Assembly (NCBI GenBank): GCA_016303225.1
Contig: JAEDMC010000002.1
Location: 1-39,173 of the forward strand
Length of the DNA: 39,173 bases
DNA from: Kiritimatiellia bacterium
GTDB lineage: Bacteria; Verrucomicrobiota; Kiritimatiellia; RFP12; UBA1067
Direction of reading: 5' to 3'
Below the pieces are notes generated by a model, which had not been told where the DNA came from, ran no database searches, and worked only from the letters and a program-made list of their open reading frames with translations. The position numbers were made by a program, and so were the translations under genes. Below, one piece after another: positions 16,772-25,500 of this stretch; the first letter of the stretch is position 1, and every line of letters starts with the position of its first letter.

Positions 16772-17775
16772 TTCGAAGCTCCTTTCTCGTCCCCCTCCAG
16801 CGTACGGAAGTCATAGACGGACACCGTCAGCGCGACGTTCAGCGTCGAATCGGTTTCCGGATCGAAGACCACGCCGCCAAGCGACGCGTTTGACTTCTTC
16901 TCCGCAGTCTTCACCGCCTCGGCCACGACGCCGCGACGGCGACGGCCCTGTCTGCCGGCGGACGCGGCGGCGATCTCTTTCTTCTCGCCAACGCCAAACG
17001 CCTCGGCGATCGCATCACGCTCCCGCGAGAAACCGAAGCTCTCGACAACCGTGAAGCGCTTCTGAAAGCTCAGCGTGCGGATCACGCCGACCAATGCCGC
17101 CGGCTTGGCCTGGAAGGTCAGCCGATACGTCTCGACCGAAGGTTCGGTCTCCTCGGCCTCCACCTTCGCCTTCGATTTGGCCTTCGACTTCGTCTTCGAC
17201 TCGGCCTCCGCCGCCGGCGCCTTGACCTCGACGACCTGGAGGTCCGTGAGCCGGATGACGCCGTTGGTGGCCAGCAGCTCGATGAGGGAGGTGATGTCAT
17301 ACCACTGGCGCTGCAGCCGGGCAAGACCGTCCCGCGCCGGCATCTTGTCCGCCAGATACTCCTTGAACGGACCGAAGGTGAAGTCCGGCGCGACGATGGC
17401 CGCGGGGTTCTTCTTCGCCGGATTGGACAGCGCCTTCGCGTCCCGGCCGATCAGCTCCTTGAACTGGGCGGGCGAGCAGTCGCCGTCCGCCAGCCAGTCA
17501 CCCGCCGCAGCGACGCTGCGCACGCCCTGATACCAGTCTTCGAACGTCTGGCAGTTGGCCTGAAGCTTCTTCTCGTTCGCCTTGTCAGGATAGGGCTTCT
17601 TGTTCATGAGCGACGCCACCTGACCGACGACGGTCACAAGGCCATCGCTTTCTTCGTTGCCCTCGAACGCCGCCGTCTTCTTCGAAAACGCGCTCCAGAG
17701 GAAATAGGCAGCCACGAGCACGCCGACGGCAATCACGCCGCCGGTTGACGCCAATATGATTCTCGTCTTATTCAT
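16768..17775 (-). CDS. Amuc_1100-like pilus-associated protein (335 aa from ATG 17775), with an N-terminal TM anchor; possibly PilO-like in role
   Basis: ATG 17775 overlaps the TGA of the PilM-PilN gene (ATGA); the ORF-track start at 17781 is a GTG. The TM segment is RIILASTGGVIAVGVLVAAYFLW. Blocks resemble the Akkermansia Amuc_1100 sequence as I recall it: SPAQFKELI..KKN..GPFKEY..ITSLIELLATNGV, then YRLTFQAKPAALVGVIRTL..RFTVVESFGFSRER, then LNVALTVSVYDF. Confidence 0.7.
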   Translation of the reverse strand: MNKTRIILASTGGVIAVGVLVAAYFLWSAFSKKTAAFEGNEESDGLVTVVGQVASLMNKKPYPDKANEKKLQANCQTFEDWYQGVRSVAAAGDWLADGDCSPAQFKELIGRDAKALSNPAKKNPAAIVAPDFTFGPFKEYLADKMPARDGLARLQRQWYDITSLIELLATNGVIRLTDLQVVEVKAPAAEAESKTKSKAKSKAKVEAEETEPSVETYRLTFQAKPAALVGVIRTLSFQKRFTVVESFGFSRERDAIAEAFGVGEKKEIAAASAGRQGRRRRGVVAEAVKTAEKKSNASLGGVVFDPETDSTLNVALTVSVYDFRTLEGDEKGASK

Positions 17776-19382
17776 TTGCACTTAAACTCCACGGTGAACT
17801 GCTTGACCTGGGCGCCCTTGCCAAGTTCCGACATGGACGTGATCTTCACGCTTGCGCGGTCGATGACGTTCGTGTCATTGCTGCCGATTGCACCGGCGAT
17901 CGACTCGGCCGTCGTCTTGCCGCCCTGCTCGCGCGCCTTGTCCTTCCACTGCCGAACCGTCACGCCGGACGCGTCCCAGCGGTCGATCCAGGCGCCCGGC
18001 CGGCCCTCGAGGGCCTTGCACACCGCGCCCAACCGCCGAAGCGCGGCCGTGCGCTTCTCGAACAGGCTTCCGAGCGCCGCCGCCTTCTGCTCCTGAACCG
18101 TCAGGGCCTTTTGCGCGGCGGTGATCCGCTTGTCTTCGCCCCTCAGCCGGTTGAGGTCGTTCTGAACGGCGTCCCGCTTCTCCTCGACCATCGCCGCCTG
18201 GCGGTTGACCGAAACCGCAGTCAGCGCCAGGGCCGCGACAAGCGCGACTCCGCCGACGACCACAAAGGGAATCTTCGCCTTCTCCGCGCGCGCCTCCACG
18301 AGCGACGGCGGCAGGAGGTTGATCGCGAAACGGCTGAGCCCCGCCAGGTGCAGCGCAAGACCCGCCGTCGACGACACCAGCGCGCCGTCCGACTCAAGCG
18401 CCTCGGCGTTGACTTTCGAACCGATCGCAATTGTCTCGAACGGATTGAAGAACTCGGTCGGAATGCCGAGCGAAGCCGAGAAGAACTGGTCGATCTGCGG
18501 CAAAAGCGCCGTGCCGCCCGTCAGGTACAGCTTCACCGGCGTGCCACCGCCCTGCTGCGAACGGTAGAAGTTGATCGAGCGCGTCAGCTCCGCGTTGAGA
18601 CGCGTCAGCACCGCGCGACAGACCTTCGAAACGCGGTCCGCGACCTCGTCCTCGTCTTCCGTCACGCCGCCCGTCGAGACATAGCCCTTCTCAAGCTTGA
18701 CCTGCTCGGCTTCGTCCGGCGTGCAGCCGAGCGAAGAGACGATCTCCTTGTTGATCGCATTGCCCGCAACCGGAATCGACCGAGTGTAGATGCGGTCGCC
18801 CTCGGCGATCGCCAGCGACGTCGTCTTCGCGCCGATGTCCAGGACGACGATGCACCCCTCGTCCGGCCGCGCATGATACAGCGCGTTCACGATCGCCAGC
18901 GGCGCGATGTCAACGAGTTCCGGCGTGAAGCCGACGGACGCGACGGCGGACGTAATCGCCTCGACCTGGTCGATCTTCGCAGCGACGATCAGCACCGACT
19001 TGTCGCCGTTCTCCGTGTCGCCCAGCACCTGGCGGTCGCAGACCATCTCGTCGATCGGGAACGGAATGTTCTGCTCGACCTCGTAGCGGACCATCTGCTC
19101 GAACTTCTCGTCGCCGCCCGCCGCGGGAATCGCCGCGAGCCGCGGGAACGCAAGCTGTCCCGAGATCGACACCGCCACAGGGCCGGGGCGAATCCCGCTC
19201 GCCTGCATGATTTCCTGCAGGGCGGACGAGAGAATCGTCTCGACGTCACCGCCGTCCAGCGAAGCCGCCAGGCGCGCCGTGCCGTAATTGAGGAGCGTCA
19301 GCGCGCCCTTCGCGCTCGTCTCGTACTCCGCGAGCTCAACGTTCGCCGCGCCGATGTTCAGTGTTAGGTGCTTCTTTGCCAT
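17772..19382 (-). CDS. pilM: PilM-PilN fusion (536 aa): actin-like type IV pilus assembly ATPase-fold domain, then a PilN-like TM and coiled-coil region
   Basis: ATG 19382 has GAAGGA upstream. PilM-type blocks are LTLNIGAANVELAEYE, VLDIGAKTTSLAIAEGD, KLYLTGGTALLPQIDQFF. The PilN signature INLLPPSL follows, then the TM helix IPFVVVGGVALVAALALTAVSV and a coiled coil. Confidence 0.85.
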   Translation of the reverse strand: MAKKHLTLNIGAANVELAEYETSAKGALTLLNYGTARLAASLDGGDVETILSSALQEIMQASGIRPGPVAVSISGQLAFPRLAAIPAAGGDEKFEQMVRYEVEQNIPFPIDEMVCDRQVLGDTENGDKSVLIVAAKIDQVEAITSAVASVGFTPELVDIAPLAIVNALYHARPDEGCIVVLDIGAKTTSLAIAEGDRIYTRSIPVAGNAINKEIVSSLGCTPDEAEQVKLEKGYVSTGGVTEDEDEVADRVSKVCRAVLTRLNAELTRSINFYRSQQGGGTPVKLYLTGGTALLPQIDQFFSASLGIPTEFFNPFETIAIGSKVNAEALESDGALVSSTAGLALHLAGLSRFAINLLPPSLVEARAEKAKIPFVVVGGVALVAALALTAVSVNRQAAMVEEKRDAVQNDLNRLRGEDKRITAAQKALTVQEQKAAALGSLFEKRTAALRRLGAVCKALEGRPGAWIDRWDASGVTVRQWKDKAREQGGKTTAESIAGAIGSNDTNVIDRASVKITSMSELGKGAQVKQFTVEFKCK

Positions 19383-19391
19383 AATCTTCCT

Positions 19392-20072
19392 TCACTGCAT
19401 CGTCGCCTCGTAGTCGTTCGGATTCACCAGCGCCCAGATCGTCTTCGACCGGTCGACGAGACCCTGTCGGCGCTCGATCATCGGCTTGCCGCCCGACTGC
19501 GCGTTCATAATGTCCTGGTTCTCCCAGAACTTCGTGTCGTTCTTGATGCCCTTCACCTCGCTCACGGTGCCGCCGCCGAGGATGTCGCCGTTCGCATTCG
19601 AGATCGTGAAGCCGATCGCCTTCGGCTCGCCGTAAAGCTCGAGATACGAGGGCGGCAGGCAGACGCACGCCGCATGCGAACCCTGCGGGATGTTGAAGTA
19701 GGTCGTCGTCGTGTTGAAGTAGCTGTACGGCGCCAGCCCCAGCTTGTTGCCCTTGTTCTCCTTTGCGCTCTTCGTCTCAAGGAGGACGTGCCAGTTGAAG
19801 GTGAGCTGGTCGAGGAACTTCGCAAACGTCGTGTACTTCGTCTCCAGGACGATCCAGCGACGCGGCTTCTGATAGCAGACGCCGATGAGGGTCGCACCCT
19901 GAATGCCCGGCGCCGGCAGACAGCTCTGCTGGCCCGTCTTCGGCATCTGGTCGACGAGGATCTTCATGTCGCGGGCGTCGGAACCGTCTTCGCCGCCGGC
20001 CTGAGCCCTCTTGGGCGCCGCGACCACCGTCGCCGCCGCCATCACCACCATCGCCATCATCAGCTTCTTCAT
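19392..20072 (-). CDS. Secreted hypothetical protein (226 aa), first gene of the pilus-like cluster, in the position of Amuc_1102
   Basis: ATG 20072 is preceded by AAGGAG at 7-nt spacing. The signal peptide is MKKLMMAMVVMAAATVVAAPKRAQA. I recognise no motif in the mature part. Confidence 0.7.
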   Translation of the reverse strand: MKKLMMAMVVMAAATVVAAPKRAQAGGEDGSDARDMKILVDQMPKTGQQSCLPAPGIQGATLIGVCYQKPRRWIVLETKYTTFAKFLDQLTFNWHVLLETKSAKENKGNKLGLAPYSYFNTTTTYFNIPQGSHAACVCLPPSYLELYGEPKAIGFTISNANGDILGGGTVSEVKGIKNDTKFWENQDIMNAQSGGKPMIERRQGLVDRSKTIWALVNPNDYEATMQ

Positions 20073-20084
20073 GTCAGTCTCCTT

Positions 20085-20124
20085 TCTAACAGCTAACCGC
20101 TAAAAGCCAAAAGCTAAAAGCTTA
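20085..20124. repeat. Family-3 heptad array (six nnGCTAA-type heptads), single arm, overlapping the pta stop codon
   Basis: tctaa, gctaa, gctaa, gccaa, gctaa and gctta start at 20085, 20092, 20099, 20106, 20113 and 20120, an exact 7-bp period. The words, including the gccaa variant, match the right arm of the 12354-12393 array. Confidence 0.8.
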
Positions 20125-21255
20125 CTTCGTCTGCGCCTGCAGCATCGTCACCGCGACGGTCGCCACGATGTCGTCCGCCGAGCAGCCGCGCGAGAGGTCG
20201 TTCATCGCCTTCGCGAGACCCTGCAGGTTCGGACCGATCGCGTCCGCGCCGCCGATGCGCTGCGCGACCTTGTACGCGATGTTGCCGGCCTGGAGGTCGG
20301 GGAAGATGAAGACGTTCGCGTTGCCCTGGATCTCGCCGTTCGGGTTCTTCTGCTTGCCGACGGACGGCACGATCGCCGCGTCGAACTGCATTTCGCCGTC
20401 CATCTTGATGCCCGCCTCGGCAAACTTCGGACGCGCGAGCTCCACCGCCTTCTGCACCTTCTCGACGAGGTCACCCGCAGCGGATCCCTTCGTGGAGAAC
20501 GAGAGGTACGCGACGCGCGGCTCGTTGCCCGTCAAGTCGCGGTAGCTCTGCGCCGTCGCGAGACCGATGTCCACGAGCTGCTCGGCGGTCGGGTTGGGAA
20601 TGACGCCGCAGTCGCCGAACGCGAGAACGCCGTCGCCCGACTCGGTCGGGGTCTTCAAGTCGATGATGAAGCACGAGCTCGCCGTCTTCACGCCCTTCTG
20701 CGTGCCGAGCGTATGGAACGCCGCGCGGAGCATGTCGCCCGTCGAGGCGATCGAGCCCGCGACGAGGCCCTGAACCATGCCCGTCTTCACCATCATGCCG
20801 CCAAAGTAGATCCGCTTGGTCGCCAGCGTCTTCTTCGCCGCCTCAAAGTCGATCAGCTTCTGCTTCTCGGCCGGCTTCTTGGCTTCCTTGGCGTTCCACG
20901 CCTCATGATAGACCTTCGCCAGGTCGTCAAGCAAGGGAGAAGCGGCGTCCCCGCCGCTTGTGCCAGAAGCGGACATTCCATCTTTCTCAAGCGGCGAGGA
21001 CGCCGCTTCCCCTTTCTGGAGCGTCTCCCCCGTCGTGTAGTCGATCGCCTGGATGCCGAAGTCGGCGAGCTTCTTGCCGGCCTTCGCCTCGGCGTCGGCG
21101 ATTTCCGCCGCGGTGCCGAGCACGATCGGCGTCGCGATCTTGCGCTCCACGAGCGCGCACGCGGCGGTGATGACGCGGGCATCCTGTCCCTCGGGGAGGA
21201 CGACCGTTCCGTTGAGCTTGGAAGCCCGTTCGATGATGTTCTTGATTGCGTTCAT
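20122..21255 (-). CDS. pta: Phosphate acetyltransferase (377 aa) with an in-frame double-hairpin repeat insertion
   Basis: ATG at 21255. Motifs VVLPEGQDARV, SFSTKGSA, DGEMQFDAA, ANVFIFPDLQAGNIAYK and GPNLQGLAKAMNDLSRGCSADDIV align with B. subtilis Pta as recalled. Confidence 0.93.
   Translation of the reverse strand: MNAIKNIIERASKLNGTVVLPEGQDARVITAACALVERKIATPIVLGTAAEIADAEAKAGKKLADFGIQAIDYTTGETLQKGEAASSPLEKDGMSASGTSGGDAASPLLDDLAKVYHEAWNAKEAKKPAEKQKLIDFEAAKKTLATKRIYFGGMMVKTGMVQGLVAGSIASTGDMLRAAFHTLGTQKGVKTASSCFIIDLKTPTESGDGVLAFGDCGVIPNPTAEQLVDIGLATAQSYRDLTGNEPRVAYLSFSTKGSAAGDLVEKVQKAVELARPKFAEAGIKMDGEMQFDAAIVPSVGKQKNPNGEIQGNANVFIFPDLQAGNIAYKVAQRIGGADAIGPNLQGLAKAMNDLSRGCSADDIVATVAVTMLQAQTK
20931..21020. 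repeat. Family-2 double-hairpin element, in frame inside pta (encodes about GEAASSPLEKDGMSASGTSGGDAASPLL)
   Basis: Hairpins are aagcggcg-tccc-cgccgctt (20940-20959) and aagcggcg-agga-cgccgctt (20989-21008). The flank ctcaagcggcgaggacgccgcttcccctttctgg closely matches ctaaagcggcgagacgccgcttctcctttgtcgg at 39117-39150. B. subtilis Pta as recalled lacks about 30 aa at this point. Confidence 0.75.
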
Positions 21256-21276
21256 GATAAGCTGTCTTTATTTTTT

Positions 21277-21325
21277 CTAGATGCTCTAGTTGTTCTAGAA
21301 CTTCTAGGGCTTCTAGAACAACTAG
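21277..21325. repeat. CTAG nonamer array (six CTAGnnnnn units) containing a perfect 15-bp inverted repeat, between the ackA stop and the pta start
   Basis: CTAG starts at 21277, 21286, 21295, 21304, 21313 and 21322, an exact 9-bp period. ctagttgttctagaa (21286-21300) pairs perfectly with ttctagaacaactag (21311-21325) across a 10-nt loop. Confidence 0.9.
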
Positions 21326-21331
21326 GCCCCT

Positions 21332-22465
21332 TTACCCCAGCACCCTCACCGTGTCCCTGGCGATCATGAGCTCCTCGTTCGTGGGGATCACCACGACCGG
21401 GATCTTCGAGTCCTTCGTCGAGATGACGATCGTCTCGCCGCGCTTCGCGTTCGCCTTCTTGTCAACCTTGATGCCGAGCGCGCCAAGGCGCTTCAGGATG
21501 CGCTCGCGCACCTCGGTCGAGTTCTCGCCGATGCCGCCGGTGAGGACGATCGCGTCCGCCCCGCCGATGACCGTGTTGTAGCCGCCGAGGTAGAGCGCCA
21601 CGCGATACGCGAGCATCTCAAGCGCCAGTTCCGCATGCCGGTCGCCCTTCGCGGCCTTCGCGCAGATGTCGCGGCAGTCGCTCGAGCCGGTGAGCGCGAG
21701 GAGGCCCGACTTCTTGTTGAGGAGCGTGTCCGCCTCGTGCGGCGTCAGGTGCTCGGCCTCCATGATCGAGAGAACGGCCGCCGGGTCGATGTTGCCGCAG
21801 CGCGTGCCCATCACGAGCCCGGCGAGCGGCGTCAGGCCCATGGTCGTGTCGATGACCTTTCCGCCCTTGATCGCCGCGAGCGAGCTGCCGTTGCCGAGGT
21901 GGCACGTGACGAGGTTCACCTTCGAAAGCGGCTTCTTGAGGAACTTCGCCGCCGCCTGGGTGATGAACTTGTGGGAGGTTCCGTGGAAGCCGTACTTGCG
22001 GATGCCGTACTTCTTGTAGAACTTCGGGTCGATCGCATACATGCCCGCACAGTCCGGCATCGTCGCGATGTGGAAGGCGGTGTCGAAGACGCCGACGTTC
22101 GGGACGCCCTTGAAGATCTTCTCGCACGCCTCGATGCCGCCGAGGTTCGCCGGCATGTGCAGGGGCCCGAACTTGACGAGCTTCTTGGCCTTGGCCATGT
22201 TCGCCTTGTTCATGAGCGCCGAGTCGGTGAATACCTCGCCGCCGTGCAGCACGCGGTGGCCGATCGCGTCAATGCCCTTCGCCGCGTCGCCGAGCTGGGC
22301 GACGACGTTCTTAAGCGCCTCCGCGTGGTCCTTCGGACCGCCGCAGCCGATGCGCTCCACCAGGCCCTTTGCGAGCCGCGTTTCGCTCTTCATGTCGAAG
22401 AGCTGATACTTCAGCGAGGAGCTCCCCGAATTGACCACCAGTACTTTTCTGATCTCTTTCTTCAT
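21332..22465 (-). CDS. ackA: Acetate kinase (377 aa from ATG 22465; the ORF-track start at 22480 is a TTG)
   Basis: Motifs: VLVVNSGSSSLKYQLFDM, HRVLHGG, FDTAFH, YGFHGTSH, HLGNGSSL, TMGLTPLAGLVMGTRCGNIDP, GGIGENS. Confidence 0.95.
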   Translation of the reverse strand: MKKEIRKVLVVNSGSSSLKYQLFDMKSETRLAKGLVERIGCGGPKDHAEALKNVVAQLGDAAKGIDAIGHRVLHGGEVFTDSALMNKANMAKAKKLVKFGPLHMPANLGGIEACEKIFKGVPNVGVFDTAFHIATMPDCAGMYAIDPKFYKKYGIRKYGFHGTSHKFITQAAAKFLKKPLSKVNLVTCHLGNGSSLAAIKGGKVIDTTMGLTPLAGLVMGTRCGNIDPAAVLSIMEAEHLTPHEADTLLNKKSGLLALTGSSDCRDICAKAAKGDRHAELALEMLAYRVALYLGGYNTVIGGADAIVLTGGIGENSTEVRERILKRLGALGIKVDKKANAKRGETIVISTKDSKIPVVVIPTNEELMIARDTVRVLG

Positions 22466-22471
22466 TTCATT

Positions 22472-22520
22472 ATCTTTCAAAATCTTTCAAACCTCAAACG
22501 TCAAACCTCAATTCAAGCCT
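22472..22520. repeat. Short direct-repeat tract (10-bp and 7-bp words) in the 58-bp gap between the giant gene stop and the ackA start
   Basis: atctttcaaa occurs twice (22472-22491), followed by the heptads cctcaaa, cgtcaaa, cctcaat, tcaagcc. Confidence 0.6.
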
Positions 22521-22523
22521 TCT

Positions 22524-25500
22524 TTACTGTACAATCTCCACCTTGTAGAAACCGCTGTTGAAGTCGACGCCGGCCAGCGGCACCTCGATCCGCTCGGTCA
22601 TCGTCGAGCCGTCAATCGTCACGGTCTCGGTCTTGACCGGATCACCCCAGTTCGCGGTGGCTAGGTTCTCCTTGCGGTAGACCTTGATCTCCACTGTCGT
22701 CGAGGTCGGAAGCTCGTAGATCGGCGAGAACAGGTAGCCCGCGATCGAATCGGTCGCCTTCGCGCCGATGGTCAGGATGACCTTGCCGTTCGTGCCGTTG
22801 CCCGCATCGACCACAAGCGAGGTGATCTTGACTGAGTTCGGCTCGATGTTCTTCTCGACCGCGCGGCGGATCGCGTCTATCGTCGACGTGTCGGTATCGC
22901 CGCCGATACCGAGCAACAGCCCCGCCGCCTCGAAGTTCTCGAACAACGTCAGCGTGGCGCCGGAGAGGAAGCGGGAGATGCCGGCCTTACCTTCAAGGAT
23001 GCCGTCATAAACGGTCTTCTTGAGGATAATCCGTCCCTCTGGATCGACCGAGGCGTCAGAGCGTCCGATCTCGTACTTGTCCGGATACTGGTACTCGTAT
23101 GCATCAGGCACCCAGTCACTGTCGGTGTCGGCATCCTCGATGTAAAGGCCGACGATCGGCGCAAGCTGGTTCAGCTTGACGGTGACCGGTTCTTTCACGT
23201 CTCCCCACGACTCCCACGGATCCTTCTTGAAGTTTCCGTTCGAGTCGATGTAAGCGCGGATGTAGTAGGTGCCGCTCTTGAGCCCGATCAGGCGTCCGTT
23301 CGCCCGGATGTCGGTGGCGTCCGTCAGCGCAAGCTTGTTCGTGACGAAGCCCTGCGCCGCAGGATCGCCGCTGAAATCGGGGCTCGTGAACGCCTGAAGG
23401 CGAACCTTGCCCTTGATCTCCGCAAGATTCTCGCACTGGCCGAGCACCGCCTCGGGCCCCGTGTACTTGACGGCCACGTCGATCGAGGAGTAGCCGTTGT
23501 CGCCGGTCTCCTGCTGCGTATCGACGGACGTGGAGAACGAACTGGGATCAGACCACACGTCGCCCGTAATCTTGGCGTTCGGCTTGAACTTAGCGTTGTA
23601 CATCGCCACGCGCCACTGGTAGTTGCCGGCCTTGGCGAAGACCTGGCCAAGCGACGTCTGGTCGCCGGCATAGATCGGCGCGGTCCAGACGAAGTTGCCG
23701 CTCCTGTCCTGCGCCGGCGCACGCATGACGTCAGATGTCCAGACAAGCTTGTTCAAGCTCGTATTGACCACCTGGATCCGGAACGCCGTATAGGACGAAC
23801 CGAAGCGCTTCGCATACGCTTCCTCGTCCGGCATCGACCAGACAAAGGTCGGACGCGATCCGTGGAGGACGGCTCCTTCGCGAAGTCCGATGGCCTTCGG
23901 CTTGGACCAGTTGCGCTCGAAGCGACGGGTGACGAGCAGCGGCTTGGCCGCATCGGAATCGTCGGACGCGCCGGAGGAAGAGCCCGACGACTCGCCCTCG
24001 GAGGCCAGCAGCGCCGTCACTCGATCGGAAGCGTTCGTCTGGTTCTTGCGCGTGAAGCCGACAGGTCCGTCGCCGAGCACGACGAGGTAGGACATGTTGG
24101 TGACCTCGTAGTGGTAGCCGGCGAGCGGCGAGGCGACCTCGCTCTTTAGGTACTGCCAGTCGATGTCGAACTCGTCGCTCGAAAGGAAGTCGGCTTCGCT
24201 GAAGCTGTCGTCGACGCCCCTCGTGAAGTCGCGGTCAAGCACGACGCGATTGGTCACGCCGCAGCTGTAGGTGAAGAACCCGTCCACCGCATAGCGGACG
24301 ACTCGGACGCGCACGGATTCCTTCTCCGGCAGCGTCAGCTCGAGGTTGAGCCCGCTGAACGTGCTCGAATCGGACGCCAGATTGCGGCTGTCATATTCGC
24401 CATACGTCTCTTTGTCAAAGTTGCTGGCCCGGTCGCTGATGCCGGTCCAGATGTCGACACGCGGCGTGATGGCGCTCATCGTCGTGAGGTCGATCCTGAG
24501 CTTCGCGCCATCCCAGCCGACGTCCACGTCGCGCGCGACACCGAACGGCTCGCCGGGCGTATACTCGCCGTTGCCATCGGAGTCGACGAACGCCACGAAG
24601 GTGTTGAGACCCTCGCGGACGTACCCGCCGCTGAGGCTCGACACGCTGCTGCCCGCATCGGAGAGGTAAAGCGTCTGGTTGAACGAGCCGAGCGTCGTGC
24701 AGGAGCTCCAGGTCACAATCACATAGCTCTGCTCAAGATTGAGGAGATCGTAGGTCGAATCGTCCTTCTCCTCCTGCTTCGCCTCGCCACCCTCGCCTTC
24801 GGCCACCGACTCGGTGTCGCCGAGCATCATGCCGTTCATGCGCTCCGCGTCGAAGTTGACCGTGACCTTTCCGGTCTTGTAGTCGACGGTGCCCACGGCC
24901 TGCTCGCCGGCGATGACGCCGCCGATCGTGTAGAGCACGCCCTCGCGGTCCTGCGCCTTGTAGTACCACTTCGCGTAATCGGGATCGCCGATCGACAGGT
25001 TCTCGATCTCGCCGTACTGGTCGAGCTTGGCGACGCAGTAGCTGAGGTCCTTGAAGGCAATCCGCACCGAACCGTGCTGGATCGCGCCCGGCCCGAGGTT
25101 GAACGTCCGCATGCCGTTCGGCTTGAGACCGACGTACTTCTGCGACGTATTCACTCCGACGGACGCCTGTTCTTCGGAGTTCCCGAGGTGCCAAACCGCA
25201 TCGGCCTTACCGGTCATGTTCGGATCGATCTTCTGGCTCCACGCCTTGATGACAACCGGTGCCGCGGCATCAGCCACGCCGGAACAGGTCAGGAAGGTCT
25301 CGATGCACGGCTCCGGATAGGCCGCGAGCACGTAACCGTCGATGCCGACGTCGGCCTCCGTCTCGGGATCCGTCCCCGCTTTAGCCTCTGCCCAGTTGGA
25401 CCAGCCGTCGCCGTCGTCATCGCGCGACGGATCGTAGGCGTAGCGATTGGCGGAGCCCGGATACGCGCTCTCCCAGATGTCGTTCACCTGGTCGTGGTCG

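Noticed and set aside
22466-22523. Possible promoter TTGAGG-17-GATAAT in front of ackA
   Set aside because: The -10-like GATAAT ends only 3 nt before the ackA ATG, so the predicted TSS would fall inside or after the start codon. The match more likely arises by chance from the A/T-rich repeat words.
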